Positions 32,478 through 32,559 of a stretch of DNA of 32,559 bases are shown here, in pieces. Made by a program: the position numbers and the translations under genes. Each line of letters starts with the position of its first letter. The first letter of the stretch is position 1. Below the pieces are notes generated by a model that worked only from the letters and a program-made list of their open reading frames with translations, was not told the origin of the DNA and made no database searches. Origin of the DNA: Chiloscyllium plagiosum (lineage: Eukaryota); contig NC_057718.1 of NCBI RefSeq assembly GCF_004010195.1, positions 97,987,883 to 98,020,441 of the forward strand. The letters run 5' to 3'.

Positions 32478-32559
32478 ATAGACAATAGGTGCAGGAGTAG
32501 GCCATTCTGCCCTTCGAGCCTGCACCACCATTCATTATGATCATGGCTGATCATTCCTA
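32478..32559 (-). mobile_element. CR1 3' tail (runs off the window)
   Basis: GCAGGAGTAGGCCATTCTGCCCTTCGAGCCTGCACCACCATTCA.TATGATCATGGCTGATC. Confidence 0.8.

Noticed and set aside
32304..32554. His/Thr- and Cys/Val-rich ORFs
   Set aside because: They are translations of the (CA)n microsatellite.

Overview
Eukaryotic, repeat-dense, essentially non-coding DNA, either intron or intergenic. The repeat families, recognised from memory of consensus motifs and not by database search, point to a cartilaginous fish, probably a shark: HE1-type V-SINEs, HER1/CR1 LINEs, SacSINE1-like DeuSINEs and Penelope-like elements (PLEs). I found no intact host gene. The recognisable ORFs are decayed pieces of CR1-clade reverse transcriptase or PLE GIY-YIG endonuclease, and the rest look like chance ORFs. 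Notable structure: (1) about a dozen minimal type-I hammerhead ribozyme motifs in PLE termini, including short fold-back elements with one hammerhead per strand and one family with an apparent U3:A8 compensatory core; (2) a three-level nest in which a 715-bp solo LTR sits in the YIG codons of a PLE, which itself sits in a CR1; (3) a 78-bp locally templated insertion inside a CR1; (4) a 30 x 31-bp palindrome-rich minisatellite; (5) a full-length DeuSINE split by an HE1 SINE; (6) repeat-free islands with CTCF, B-box, RFX and PBX-HOX/MEIS motifs and a few weak candidate exons. Repeat boundaries are approximate (about +/-20 bp) unless a target-site duplication (TSD) is quoted.
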